DNA of 55,922 bases from a virus. Lineage: Duplodnaviria; Caudoviricetes. This document shows positions 26,670 through 37,017 of this stretch, one piece after another. The position numbers and the translations under genes are program-made. How positions within the stretch are numbered: the stretch's first letter is position 1; the number at the start of each line of letters is the position of its first letter. The notes under the pieces were generated by a model. The model ran no database searches. It saw only the letters and a program-made list of their open reading frames with translations, and was not told where the DNA came from. The stretch spans positions 1 to 55,922 of the IMG/VR virus record IMGVR_UViG_3300025154_002045. One strand, 5' to 3'.

Positions 26670-28223
26670 ATGGCTAAAACATTCTTAACAAAAAAGAATA
26701 ACGCCAAAAGCACGATCACGGACAATCCTCTAACATCAGGTGCAACAACCGTGAACGTGCAGTCCGGCGACGGTGCAAAGTTTCCGGCGGCTCCATTCCA
26801 CGCCACACTCTACACGAGCGATCCAAGCGTGGGAGAAATTGTGAAAGTAACTGCCAAGTCAACAGATGCATTCACGATTGAACGAGCCAAAGAAAACACG
26901 ACAGCCCAAGAATGGGCGCAAAACACCAGAATCGAACTCTTGGTAACAGCCAAGCTCTTTGACGACCTCCAAATTCGAACCGAGGTCATCATTGCAACCG
27001 ATGGTTCGGGTGATTACAACTGCGACGGTACAGACGACCAGACAGAAATAAACGAAGCAATCAGTGACCTGCCAGCCGGAGGCGGTATCGTTCGCCTAAA
27101 AAGAGGAACGTACACTCTGACCGGACTCGTTCAGATTCTCAAAGACAATGTTGTGCTCGAGGGCGAGGGTGCATCAACGCTTATAAAAGCGGCCAATGCC
27201 AGTAACCTTGGCGACATCGTGCGTGTGGGTGACGGCGGTACGACAGCGTACTCGAATATCGTCATTCGGAATCTAAAAGTTGACGGCAACCAAGCAAATC
27301 AAACGTCCGGAAACTCCAGCCCGATTGTGCTATGGGGTACAAGCTCCAACAAGCACAAACGGATTCTCATCGAGAATTGCTGGCTTACCGGTGCGCGTCT
27401 CGATTGTCTGAAAGTTATAGGCACCGAGGAAAGCATAATCAGAAATTGCTTCGTTCACGACAACACCGGAACCGGAATAGGTCTCTTCACTAACTCCCAG
27501 CACAACACGATCACCGGGAACGTCCTGACTTCAAATGGCTACGGCGTGTATGACAGTGCATGCAACTACAACACCTTCAGTGGCAACGTAAGCCGAAGCA
27601 ACGGCTACGGTTTTTACCTGAGCAATGCTTGGCGTGAAGCGGTAACCGGCAATGCAATCTTCACGAGCACAAACTACGGAGTCTACATCGTCGGTGGTCA
27701 ACGAAATGCAGTCACAGGAAATCATCTCTACGGCGACAGCTGGGGCATGATCATTGGCAACAGCTCGAACATCACCAAGTACAACGTGATCTCCGGAAAC
27801 ACCGTTGCGTGGGCGACGAGTCAAGGAATCGCTCTCTATCACGGAAGCGGTACAACGATTAATAACGTGGTAACTGGCAATCACATCTTCGGATGTGGAG
27901 GACATGGAATTTATCTCTACGGTTCTTCCTTTAACACGATTACTGGAAACGCCATCGACAACGCTTCTCGGTCAACCAACAACACATCTCAAAGCATATT
28001 CCTAACCAATAACGGAACGGTCTACTCGACCTACAACGTTATCTCCTCAAACAACTGCCAAGCGACCCAAGCGAATAAGGCCGCCTATCACATCCGTGAA
28101 CAGAGTACGAGTGATGACTTCAACTTGGCGATCGCAAATGTCTGCAAGGACGGCGTAACCGGACAGATTGGACTTCAGGGAACCAACTCCGTGCGAGGTA
28201 CCAACATTCCTGCGACAGGATAA
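26670..28223 (+). CDS. Spike/fibre with right-handed parallel beta-helix
   Basis: DGTDDQ.EIN.AI...GG.V.L..GTY start and repeated N.(I/V)(T/S)GN...G..GI turns. Confidence 0.85.
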   Translation: MAKTFLTKKNNAKSTITDNPLTSGATTVNVQSGDGAKFPAAPFHATLYTSDPSVGEIVKVTAKSTDAFTIERAKENTTAQEWAQNTRIELLVTAKLFDDLQIRTEVIIATDGSGDYNCDGTDDQTEINEAISDLPAGGGIVRLKRGTYTLTGLVQILKDNVVLEGEGASTLIKAANASNLGDIVRVGDGGTTAYSNIVIRNLKVDGNQANQTSGNSSPIVLWGTSSNKHKRILIENCWLTGARLDCLKVIGTEESIIRNCFVHDNTGTGIGLFTNSQHNTITGNVLTSNGYGVYDSACNYNTFSGNVSRSNGYGFYLSNAWREAVTGNAIFTSTNYGVYIVGGQRNAVTGNHLYGDSWGMIIGNSSNITKYNVISGNTVAWATSQGIALYHGSGTTINNVVTGNHIFGCGGHGIYLYGSSFNTITGNAIDNASRSTNNTSQSIFLTNNGTVYSTYNVISSNNCQATQANKAAYHIREQSTSDDFNLAIANVCKDGVTGQIGLQGTNSVRGTNIPATG

Positions 28224-28229
28224 AAGATT

Positions 28230-29531
28230 ATGTTCAATTCCTACCAATTCAACAGCGCAAGACTCAATGACACCGGCTCATCAACCGTGAGCAAGGTAAT
28301 GAACTACGTGCTGGATGTATTCGGATTGGTAGCAAAGCCGATCACCTATGTCTTCGATCAAGTGATGACGGTGGAAGCCATACGAACATATCTGACCGAC
28401 ATCAGGAATCTTGCTGAAAAAGTAGGCACGTATCTCATGGACGTATACGGTCTTGCCGAAAAAACTCTTACGTATGTCTTCGATATGCGGAGCTTGATCG
28501 ACAAGACATCCATGTACCTCTGGGACGGACTGCAACTCATCGCAAAACAAATCACGTACTTGCTCGACATCATTGGCGGTGCCGTGATGACGATGACTTA
28601 TAAGCTCGACATGCGAGAGCTGGCAACAAAGAGTACGACGTATCTGCATGACATCCTTCTCACGATCGGACAAACGATAACCTACGTGTTCGACTCATTC
28701 CTGTCGGCCGTGAGAGAGACAACGTACCGGATGGATATCAGGAATCTTGCGACAAAGCTCACAACCTACTTGATCAACATCGGGGACGTGGTCGCAAAGA
28801 TCGTGACATATAGATTCGACATGCGAAATCTGGCAAGCCAATCAACCATATACCTGCTCGATATTCGAAACCTGATAAGCAAGACGTGGACGTATGTGCT
28901 GGACGCAAGAAATCTTGCTACCAAAGCAACGCAGTATCTCTTCGACATGGCTGGTGCTGTCACTAAAAGCACTCAATACATGTTCGACGTGCTGATCAGT
29001 GCAGTAAGCCAAACAACGTATCTCTTCGACACCAGAAGTCTCGTCACAAAAGCATTGACGTACATCAATGATATACGAGGGCTTATTGCAAAACTGCAAA
29101 CCTACAAGTGGGATATCCGGACACTCGCATCGAGAGTGACCAGCTATCTCTTAGACATCCGAGGCTTCGTGGCGAAATCCGTGACTTATGCATTAGACAT
29201 TCTAAGTCACATCGCAAAAATCTGGACGTACCGATTCGACATCCTGATTGGAGTCGGCAAGGTGTGGACGTATCTTCTCGACATTCGAGGATTGGTATCG
29301 AGGACGTGGAAGTACGTGTGGGACATCCTGAAAATTCCACCCGGTGTAAAGATTGCCGTTGATTTCCTCTCGGCGAAAGTATCCGTGCTCATGCTTTCCG
29401 CAAAAGAAACACTGGGACTTACCACTGCCAAGAACAACATTGAGGTCAAGACAGCTCGAGCAGATCAACAGCTTCAGAATGCAAAAGCTGACGTGACGTT
29501 TCCGAGCAATAAGCAAGACATAAACCTATGA
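28230..29531 (+). CDS. 14-residue tandem-repeat protein, putative fibre shaft
   Basis: 25 consecutive units of consensus TYxxD(I/M)RxLxxKxx; FN..FN N-terminus. Confidence 0.75.
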   Translation: MFNSYQFNSARLNDTGSSTVSKVMNYVLDVFGLVAKPITYVFDQVMTVEAIRTYLTDIRNLAEKVGTYLMDVYGLAEKTLTYVFDMRSLIDKTSMYLWDGLQLIAKQITYLLDIIGGAVMTMTYKLDMRELATKSTTYLHDILLTIGQTITYVFDSFLSAVRETTYRMDIRNLATKLTTYLINIGDVVAKIVTYRFDMRNLASQSTIYLLDIRNLISKTWTYVLDARNLATKATQYLFDMAGAVTKSTQYMFDVLISAVSQTTYLFDTRSLVTKALTYINDIRGLIAKLQTYKWDIRTLASRVTSYLLDIRGFVAKSVTYALDILSHIAKIWTYRFDILIGVGKVWTYLLDIRGLVSRTWKYVWDILKIPPGVKIAVDFLSAKVSVLMLSAKETLGLTTAKNNIEVKTARADQQLQNAKADVTFPSNKQDINL

Positions 29532-29842
29532 GCATAAAAATCGTACAAAACGACTCCCGTCCTCCACTGGAATTCTCCCTGACGCAAGACGGCGCACCGG
29601 TAAATCTTACCGGATGCACGGTGAAGTTCTATATGAAAAACGCCACGACCGGATCGGTAAAAATCAACGGCGTTGCATGCACTGTCACCGACGCAGTCAA
29701 AGGGAAATGTCGGTACAGCTGGACGGGTTCAGACACCGACACGGTCGGAACGTATCTCGGTGAGGTCGAGGTCACGTTTGGCGACGGAAAGATTCAGACC
29801 GGCTTCAAGCAATTATCAATCATCATCCGTGATGACATCTAA
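29528..29842 (+). CDS. BppU N-terminal-like Ig-fold virion protein
   Basis: ND..P.L...L..DG.PVNLTG.TVKF.M...G...Y.W...DT...G.Y.GE.EVTF.DG. Confidence 0.75.
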   Translation: MSIKIVQNDSRPPLEFSLTQDGAPVNLTGCTVKFYMKNATTGSVKINGVACTVTDAVKGKCRYSWTGSDTDTVGTYLGEVEVTFGDGKIQTGFKQLSIIIRDDI

Positions 29843-29848
29843 ACGCAT

Positions 29849-30481
29849 ATGAACCGAGGCGAAATAAGACAATCAATAAAAAACGAAGTCGACGATCAAA
29901 CACTCGACGACACGATCTCAAACTCGTGGATTCAACGTGCGGATGAAAAGGTGCAAAGCTGGCGTCCTCCCGAGGATCGTGACCAGACATTCGACTACTG
30001 GGACTACCTCAAGACCGAACAGCCATACACGACAGTGGCCAACCAGCCAAAATATCCAGTTCCCGAAAATTACCGAGCATTCGTGGAATTAAAGATCGGA
30101 ACGGACACACAACCGTACACGCTGATCGACTTCCGAGCACGTACCCGATACACGGATCACGTGGTGTACACACTCGGCGGTTCTTTCTACCCGATAACAA
30201 CTCCGACTGTAGACGGCGACGCAATGATGCTGGTCTTTGTCCGCATATCGGATGACTTCGCATCGGATAACGACGAACCAGAGGTCGAAAAGCTCTATCA
30301 CCAAGCCTACGTCGAGTGGGGCAAAAAGATGTACTACAACCAGCAAGGCGACACCGAGCTTGAACGCCAAGCTGATACCAACTTCGAACGGATCATGATC
30401 GGAAAGTGGCGAGACCAAGAGCTTGCCCGAATGGCGTCGGCCGACGATCAAGCTTCTATCCCACGAAGCAGTCTCGTATAA
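29849..30481 (+). CDS. Head-tail adaptor protein
   Basis: M..GEIR..I...VDD...WI.RA, TVANQ..Y..P, YP..P, YH.A.V patterns. Confidence 0.7.
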   Translation: MNRGEIRQSIKNEVDDQTLDDTISNSWIQRADEKVQSWRPPEDRDQTFDYWDYLKTEQPYTTVANQPKYPVPENYRAFVELKIGTDTQPYTLIDFRARTRYTDHVVYTLGGSFYPITTPTVDGDAMMLVFVRISDDFASDNDEPEVEKLYHQAYVEWGKKMYYNQQGDTELERQADTNFERIMIGKWRDQELARMASADDQASIPRSSLV

Positions 30482-30490
30482 ACCAAACCT

Positions 30491-32179
30491 ATGGCACTAG
30501 CAAAGAAAATCTGGAAAGCGTCACGATTTCACAAAGGCATCTCAAACCTGAATGCCGATGGTAGTTTTTGGTTCTCAAATGGACTCGACATAGACCAATA
30601 CCCTCCGTACATCAAAGTCGCAAATAAGTTTTTCAAAGAAACGGATAGCGTGTTGCTACCGGCACTCGATGAACCGTGGGGCATGGCGTATTTCAACAAC
30701 AGATACTACATGGCGAATCGTAACAACGGAAAGATTTTTGAAAATACTTTTTCCAGCTGGGTGGAAGTCCACGACAACGTGAATATCTGGGGAGGAAGTG
30801 GAATGTTTGCCGACGAGGACTATCTCTATTACGCCGGAAGTACGTGGATCGGACGCTACGACAAAACCACGTGGACGGACTCGTGGCAATCACTCAACGT
30901 TAACACTGCGTTTGATCCCGTGCCGATCACCAAGTTTTTGAAATTCATCTGCTTTGGAAATAAACAGTACATGGCGGCGTGGGATACGGCCGCAAGCTCA
31001 TGGAATCCAAACCGACTGACGCTTCCATCCGGATACGTGATCCGCTGGCTCGCTCCGCTTACCGACTATCTGGTGGTCTCTGCTCATCATGAGAGCCAAG
31101 GATCGGCATTGTTTTTCTGGGACGGATACTCACAAACATATAACCGTGTCCTCCAGCTGACGCAAACCGAATGCCTCTCCGGTGTCGTCGATAAAAACGT
31201 GCTGTACATGGTGATGAGAGACGGCTGGATTTGCCGATTCAACGGTGCAGGAATCGAAAAGCTGAATCGCTTCCCAGACATGGACTACCAAGACTACATC
31301 AACATCCTCGCTCAATGCGTAAAGGTGTACCAAGGCATGATCTATATCGCAAAAGGATCGAACACATTCGAAGTGACCCGACGCCATCACTTCTGCGGAA
31401 TCTGGGTATTCAATCCTGCGACCAACGCTCTCTACTACAAACACCGATTCTCCAACAATGCAGTCAACAACCACACGGGCGGTGTCTCAAGTGTGCAATT
31501 CCTATTCGTCGATCGAAATACGATCCGTGTCGGATATCGAGACAGCACAAAATACATCGTCGATATAAACCACGACACCGGAACGTACCGACCTTATGAC
31601 TTCGGTGCGTACTGGGTCAGTCCGCTCGTCGATGACGAGCCGTATCTGCGAAAGAGATTCAAGCAAGCGATCTTGAACTTTATGAAGCCGATGCCGAACA
31701 GTAGCTTCTCTCGCTTCGAAGTGAAGTACAACACCAGCGAACGTTGGGTGCGAGACATGAAAAGCGTAAACAGTGGTGGGTCCGACTTCTGCATCCTTTC
31801 AAGTTTTCCAACCGGCATGGAAATCGGCGACGAAGTGATAGTCACTACCGGCGGTGCGGCCGGACAAACACGGCACATCAAAGCAATGGACACTGTAACC
31901 AAGCGCATCGACTTTGACGAAACGCTGTACTACGTCGGCGGATCAATCGGAACGATGTCGGCTGGTGACATGGTGATGATCACGCCTTTCAAGAAACTTG
32001 GCACGATCAAAGGAAACGAAAACTCCGGCAAGGTTAACAAGATGATCCGCTTCAATGCGAGGACAAAGAAAATCCAATTTAAGGTCGAAATTTGGAGCAA
32101 CTCCGGCTTCGGTGGCGAGTGGGACATGGGTCTGAAAGATTTCTCCGCCATTTTTGTGCCGGATCGAATAATCAAATAA
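30491..32179 (+). CDS. Tail nozzle/stabilisation protein (beta-propeller-like)
   Basis: Aromatic beta-rich repeats, follows adaptor, C-terminal K.F...IQFKVE. Confidence 0.65.
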   Translation: MALAKKIWKASRFHKGISNLNADGSFWFSNGLDIDQYPPYIKVANKFFKETDSVLLPALDEPWGMAYFNNRYYMANRNNGKIFENTFSSWVEVHDNVNIWGGSGMFADEDYLYYAGSTWIGRYDKTTWTDSWQSLNVNTAFDPVPITKFLKFICFGNKQYMAAWDTAASSWNPNRLTLPSGYVIRWLAPLTDYLVVSAHHESQGSALFFWDGYSQTYNRVLQLTQTECLSGVVDKNVLYMVMRDGWICRFNGAGIEKLNRFPDMDYQDYINILAQCVKVYQGMIYIAKGSNTFEVTRRHHFCGIWVFNPATNALYYKHRFSNNAVNNHTGGVSSVQFLFVDRNTIRVGYRDSTKYIVDINHDTGTYRPYDFGAYWVSPLVDDEPYLRKRFKQAILNFMKPMPNSSFSRFEVKYNTSERWVRDMKSVNSGGSDFCILSSFPTGMEIGDEVIVTTGGAAGQTRHIKAMDTVTKRIDFDETLYYVGGSIGTMSAGDMVMITPFKKLGTIKGNENSGKVNKMIRFNARTKKIQFKVEIWSNSGFGGEWDMGLKDFSAIFVPDRIIK

Positions 32180-32183
32180 ATAT

Positions 32184-32390
32184 ATGCCCGAAGAAACACT
32201 AACATTTCGACTTGAAAAGATAGATGCAGAGAATGTGAAAAAGACTGACACACGTGAGGAAGTGTCGGTCGTGAATATTCCAGCTCTGCAATTCCAGAAA
32301 GTAATACTGGAAAAAACGATCAGCGACTCGCAAGAACAACTCGACCAGATAGATGAGGTCTTGGTCGAGTGGGAAAAGTTACCGAAATAG
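32184..32390 (+). CDS. Hypothetical phage protein
   Basis: Tightly packed ORF, TATG start, coiled-coil character. Confidence 0.6.
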   Translation: MPEETLTFRLEKIDAENVKKTDTREEVSVVNIPALQFQKVILEKTISDSQEQLDQIDEVLVEWEKLPK

Positions 32391-32392
32391 TT

Positions 32393-32608
32393 ATGGACGA
32401 CTACAACAATAACAACAAACAGCCGAAGCAGGATTTTGATCCAAATCTGGGGTCGATCTTAACCCTGCTTCGAGACATCCCGATACTGAACACTGCTCCA
32501 TCCGACGCACCAAGAACCCCGATCAGCTTTGCGTTGTATGAGAGCGGTGGCACACGCCGGTTCTATGTCTTTTTTAACGGAGCGTGGAGGTACGCAACCC
32601 TTACTTAA
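32393..32608 (+). CDS. Hypothetical virion protein
   Basis: TAPS..P...LYESGGTRRFYVF.NG.W; start moved to ATG 32393. Confidence 0.6.
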   Translation: MDDYNNNNKQPKQDFDPNLGSILTLLRDIPILNTAPSDAPRTPISFALYESGGTRRFYVFFNGAWRYATLT

Positions 32609-32614
32609 AAACTT

Positions 32615-33958
32615 ATGGCAACAATAACAATACAAAAAGGTCAAACCTTATCGGGAATCGCCAAACAGCAAGGCACGACAATCGATGCCTTGATGAAAGC
32701 GAATCCAAGTATCAAGAATGCGAACCTGATATACGCCGGTTCGAGTTTGAACTTGCCCGGAGCACCGACTTCACCCGTTGTTGCCCCTAAGGCGAGCGTT
32801 CCAACCCCTCCTGCACCCGTGACACCTTCTTCGCCCGTAACCCAGCGCGTTGACCAAATTTCGAGCCCGGGGACGAGCGGTGTACCGGAGAAAAGCACCC
32901 TGTATGGAGCTGAAGTGCCTTCTTCGACCTCTTTGCTCGCAAAATACCGATCCGAGCTCGGTCTTGATTCCGCCCTAAAAGGCATGCAAGACAGCCAGAC
33001 TTCCTACCTTGATACCCTCAAGAATCTGCCAAAGAAAGCAGACATCTATGAACAGGAAAAAACTAAACGTGGTGTCGACGTCATGCAAAAGAATCTGCAG
33101 AGTTTAGACGATCGACTGGCGACTATGGAAATGTCGCTTGATGATTCAGAGAAAGATATTCGTGACCGAATGATTAAAAGCGGTGCAATGGTTACCGAAA
33201 GTCAGACACAGCGACTGGTCTCTACTGAGAAGCAACCACTGATGGACGAATATAGAAAACTTCTGAATGAGCGTAACCGACTGGCCAACAATCTCGGCGT
33301 TGCCGAAACGTCGGCAAAGGATTCTGCCGGTATGAGATACGACGATTCCACACTGCCACTTACCGTCGCAGAAAAGATGATGGGCTTCCAGAAAGACCAG
33401 TACGGCGTACTCGGTGATCTCCTGAAGCAAGTCTTCGGTGCTTCAGAAAAAGATGTCGCAAACATTGTCGAAGCTTCCAAATACGGCAAAGAGCAAGAAA
33501 AGAAAGATGCTCAAGACGTGATCAACCGAGCGATCCAACTCGCAAACCTCGCCAACGACACACCATCCGGAACAGTGCTTGATATTGCTGGTACAAAAGT
33601 AGTAGGCACAAAGAAAGCGACCGGTAGTGGCTCTGGTGACGGTGGTAGTGCAAGCGACGTCGAAGCCTACGCACTTGAGCTTCTAAATAACCCGAACTTC
33701 ACCGCAAGCAACGTGCCTCAAAACATACGAGCGCAAGTCCTCCAGAAACGAGATCAGATTATTTCTGAAGCAAACACACAACAGCAAGCCGATGCGGCGG
33801 CCGCTCAAGCGTTGAAAGCAAGTCAGCCAAAGATAACGGCTCAAGACTTTGGTGCTGGGGTCAAAGACGTATTCACCCAAAAGATACCGAATGTTGCGAA
33901 GGCCGGATTCAACACCAGCAAAAACTTCTTCAAAGGTCTCTTCGGTATAGGAAATTAA
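32615..33958 (+). CDS. LysM-domain protein, putative ejection/pilot protein
   Basis: IQKGQTLSGIA...GTTI..L...NP.I.N.NLIYAG..LNLP, Pro-rich linker, coiled coil. Confidence 0.8.
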   Translation: MATITIQKGQTLSGIAKQQGTTIDALMKANPSIKNANLIYAGSSLNLPGAPTSPVVAPKASVPTPPAPVTPSSPVTQRVDQISSPGTSGVPEKSTLYGAEVPSSTSLLAKYRSELGLDSALKGMQDSQTSYLDTLKNLPKKADIYEQEKTKRGVDVMQKNLQSLDDRLATMEMSLDDSEKDIRDRMIKSGAMVTESQTQRLVSTEKQPLMDEYRKLLNERNRLANNLGVAETSAKDSAGMRYDDSTLPLTVAEKMMGFQKDQYGVLGDLLKQVFGASEKDVANIVEASKYGKEQEKKDAQDVINRAIQLANLANDTPSGTVLDIAGTKVVGTKKATGSGSGDGGSASDVEAYALELLNNPNFTASNVPQNIRAQVLQKRDQIISEANTQQQADAAAAQALKASQPKITAQDFGAGVKDVFTQKIPNVAKAGFNTSKNFFKGLFGIGN

Positions 33959-33964
33959 AACGTT

Positions 33965-36781
33965 ATGGCTTACATCAAAGACCCTAAAACAGGAAAGTAT
34001 GTAAACACCGGTTCTGCACCAGCCTCTCCTCCACTCACCGTACCCAAACCATCATCGGCCGGTACTGCAGTGAAGTACCAAAAGAATGCCGAGGGAAAGT
34101 TTGTGACGACCGAGGTAGAGAAAACGGCCGGTAAGCCGAATGTGACAACAGTCGAGGGACTGAGAGATTTTGCTTTGCAAAATAACGTGGACGTCTCCTC
34201 CACTCAACCTAAAGAATCAACACTGCAGAAAATACTCCATGTGCTCAACACCGGAGGATATGCAGTCGGTGGTCTTATAAGCGGAAAAGGAATCAAGGCC
34301 GGAATCAAAGAACGCATCCAGCCATCTGAAGCACTCGGTATTAAAAGCAAAGTCGGTGGATTTATTGCCGACATACTGCTCGATCCAACAACGTATCTGA
34401 GCTTCGGTTACGGTGCTGGTGCAAAACTCGCAACCAAAGCTGGAACGGTGGTGCTCAGTAAAACCGGAACGTCACTCCTCAAGAAGTCGATCCTTGAAGT
34501 CGGCGAACAGGGTGCAAGAAAAATGCTTGCCGAAAAAGTGCTTGCGGATGGTGGCGAAAAGTTTCTCGCAAAAGGCGGTCTGAAATTCGCTGGAAAACAG
34601 ATAGTGCCACGATCAGCTGTCACTGCTCCATTCAGAGCCGCAGACTGGCTTGTTGAAAAGACTCCGGTAGTCGGAAAGATATACGAGAGTGCAAAAGACT
34701 TGGCAGGTAAAGCATTCGTGCCATTCAAAAGCATTAAAGACTTGCCGGGACGCATTGGCGAGGAATACGTCGACAAGTTCTCACAATTCAGCAAAGCAAC
34801 CCGGTCCGAAGTCGGAAAGGCCGTCGAGGAAGCAACCACACTCGGTAAGAGTGCAAAAAAGGAACTCGGAAAAGATGCCGGTACTAGAGTCGGTCGCATG
34901 ATCGAAGGAATGGCAGAGATTCCTGCAAAGGTAGCCGATGGAGTGGAGAAAACAGCCACGGCCGGAAACAAGGTTATCGATGACATCATCGGTCACATTC
35001 AGGGCGAGCATAAAAGATTCGCAACACTCGAAAAAGAACGAGGACTGCTTGATAACGAACTTCCGGATTATCTGCGTCACTACCTGACACCGGAGGGTCG
35101 TGACTTCATCGCAAAGAATAGTGACGTTGCCGCAGAACTTCTCCAAAAAACGAGAGTAAGCACTCCGTTCGCAAAAGCTCGAACACTCGACGACACGATC
35201 GTAAATATAAATAGTTACTTCCGCAAGACTCACGGAGTGAAGCTCTTTGAGCAAGATGCATTCAAAGCGTTTGGTGCTCGTAAAGCCGAACATGTCAAAG
35301 CCGTGAATACCTACGACTTCCTAACCGACGTCGGGAAGCAATTCGGGAAGCAAGCCGAAATGGTCACCAAAGAATATAAACATCCGATAAGCGGACAGAT
35401 GGTGAAAAAAGAGACTGCAAAGCCAATCTTCGACAACGGAATGCGGTACATCGAAAGCACCGTGCCTCAACTCAAAGGTGTGTTGTTGCCCGAACAGATC
35501 GTGAAGCACGTCGAGGAAACTTATAAGGTGCTTACGAGCGATGAAGCAACAAAGGGCTTCCTAAGAATCTACGACAAAGCTCTCGGCTTCTGGAAAGGAT
35601 CGGTGACTGGGTGGTTTCCTGCATTCCATGTCCGAAACTCAATCGGTGGAATTTTTAATAACTTTATAGCCGGAGTCAAAAACCCTACTCGATACCTCCA
35701 GGGCGATCAGATTGCTCGAGGAGTAAAAGGAACGATCACAACCAAGCTGGGTACGAAATACACCTACCAGCAAGTAAAAGAAATTGTCGAGAAGCTGGGA
35801 GTGGTAGGACAGCCCGGTTACTTGGATGTGATGCGTGAGGTCGAGAAAGACGTGGGTAAGGGTGCTGTTGGAAAACTCATGGATCTGCCGAAAAACGCAA
35901 TGGAGATCACTGAAAATCGACTCCGCCTACCTCTCTTTGTGGATCGCTTGATCAAAGGCGACGCACCAGAGGAAGCCGCAAAGTCGGTATTCCAATTCCA
36001 CTTCGACTACGCACCGGAGGGACTAGCAACTTTCGAGCAGAACATTATGAAGCGACTGTTGCCGTTCTACCGATGGACTCGTGGCAATATTCCGCTTCAG
36101 CTCGAGCAGATGGTAAAGCAACCGGGTAAGTATGCCGCCATCGGCAAGTTTGTAGATAACCTCCAAGTCGACAAAGAGAAAGCCAAAGAGGAATTCCAGT
36201 ATCTGCCTCCGTACATGCGAGAGGGATTGCCGGTCCGACTTGGCGAAAAAAACGGATTCTCGCAATACCTCTACGGTTTGGGTTTGCCGGTTGAGGATAT
36301 CAACCGCCTTTACAAAGGAAGCCCACGGCGAACATTGGCGAGCATGGTCGGCGAACTCTCACCGATCCTGAAGTATCCGATTGAAGCGGCCACCGGCCAG
36401 AATCTATTCACCGGTGAGCCAATCAAAGAAGGAAGCCGTGTCTATCCGTTCGTGAATGCCGTCCCCGGACTGCGTGATTGGCTCGAGGTTTCCGAACATA
36501 AGAATAAAAACGGTGATGTCAGCTACCGAGCGAATGCTTACAAACTCCACTTCTTAAACACCGCTCTTGGTCGCTTTTACACGACAGCCGGAAAACTTTC
36601 TGATGACAACACATCGGGAGTCGTGAAGTTCCTCTACGGACTCGTCGGTGCAAAAGCAAAGTCAGTCGACATGGAAAAAGAAAAGTTCTGGCGTGATCGG
36701 GACGTACAAGACCGACTCGAGGAGGAATTGGAAGGCAGAGGTCTCATCAACAGGTTCGACTCCGTGTACGTACCGAAGTAA
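33965..36781 (+). CDS. Large internal virion/ejection protein
   Basis: 938 aa helical; ILLDPTTYL, FHVRN.IG, FDY..L..FE....KR..PFY.W, IE..TG.N.F.G.PI patterns of podoviral injection proteins. Confidence 0.7.
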   Translation: MAYIKDPKTGKYVNTGSAPASPPLTVPKPSSAGTAVKYQKNAEGKFVTTEVEKTAGKPNVTTVEGLRDFALQNNVDVSSTQPKESTLQKILHVLNTGGYAVGGLISGKGIKAGIKERIQPSEALGIKSKVGGFIADILLDPTTYLSFGYGAGAKLATKAGTVVLSKTGTSLLKKSILEVGEQGARKMLAEKVLADGGEKFLAKGGLKFAGKQIVPRSAVTAPFRAADWLVEKTPVVGKIYESAKDLAGKAFVPFKSIKDLPGRIGEEYVDKFSQFSKATRSEVGKAVEEATTLGKSAKKELGKDAGTRVGRMIEGMAEIPAKVADGVEKTATAGNKVIDDIIGHIQGEHKRFATLEKERGLLDNELPDYLRHYLTPEGRDFIAKNSDVAAELLQKTRVSTPFAKARTLDDTIVNINSYFRKTHGVKLFEQDAFKAFGARKAEHVKAVNTYDFLTDVGKQFGKQAEMVTKEYKHPISGQMVKKETAKPIFDNGMRYIESTVPQLKGVLLPEQIVKHVEETYKVLTSDEATKGFLRIYDKALGFWKGSVTGWFPAFHVRNSIGGIFNNFIAGVKNPTRYLQGDQIARGVKGTITTKLGTKYTYQQVKEIVEKLGVVGQPGYLDVMREVEKDVGKGAVGKLMDLPKNAMEITENRLRLPLFVDRLIKGDAPEEAAKSVFQFHFDYAPEGLATFEQNIMKRLLPFYRWTRGNIPLQLEQMVKQPGKYAAIGKFVDNLQVDKEKAKEEFQYLPPYMREGLPVRLGEKNGFSQYLYGLGLPVEDINRLYKGSPRRTLASMVGELSPILKYPIEAATGQNLFTGEPIKEGSRVYPFVNAVPGLRDWLEVSEHKNKNGDVSYRANAYKLHFLNTALGRFYTTAGKLSDDNTSGVVKFLYGLVGAKAKSVDMEKEKFWRDRDVQDRLEEELEGRGLINRFDSVYVPK

Positions 36782-36785
36782 TCAC

Positions 36786-37013
36786 ATGGAAAAAACAGAC
36801 TACCAAAACCAACTGCAAGATGAACGTCTTGATCGAGTCGAAAAGACCGTAAACGAAATCAAAGACAATCATCTAACACACATGCAAACCGATCTGACGA
36901 AAGTAGGTACTGACGTCGATTGGCTTAAACGATTCTTCTGGGTCATCGCTACGGCGTCAGTGGGAGGTCTGATCACAGCAATTATAAATTTACTACTAAC
37001 CATCAACAAATAA
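36786..37013 (+). CDS. XhlA-like membrane protein/holin
   Basis: Coiled coil then one C-terminal TM segment, before endolysin; start moved to ATG 36786. Confidence 0.65.
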   Translation: MEKTDYQNQLQDERLDRVEKTVNEIKDNHLTHMQTDLTKVGTDVDWLKRFFWVIATASVGGLITAIINLLLTINK

Positions 37014-37017
37014 ACTT

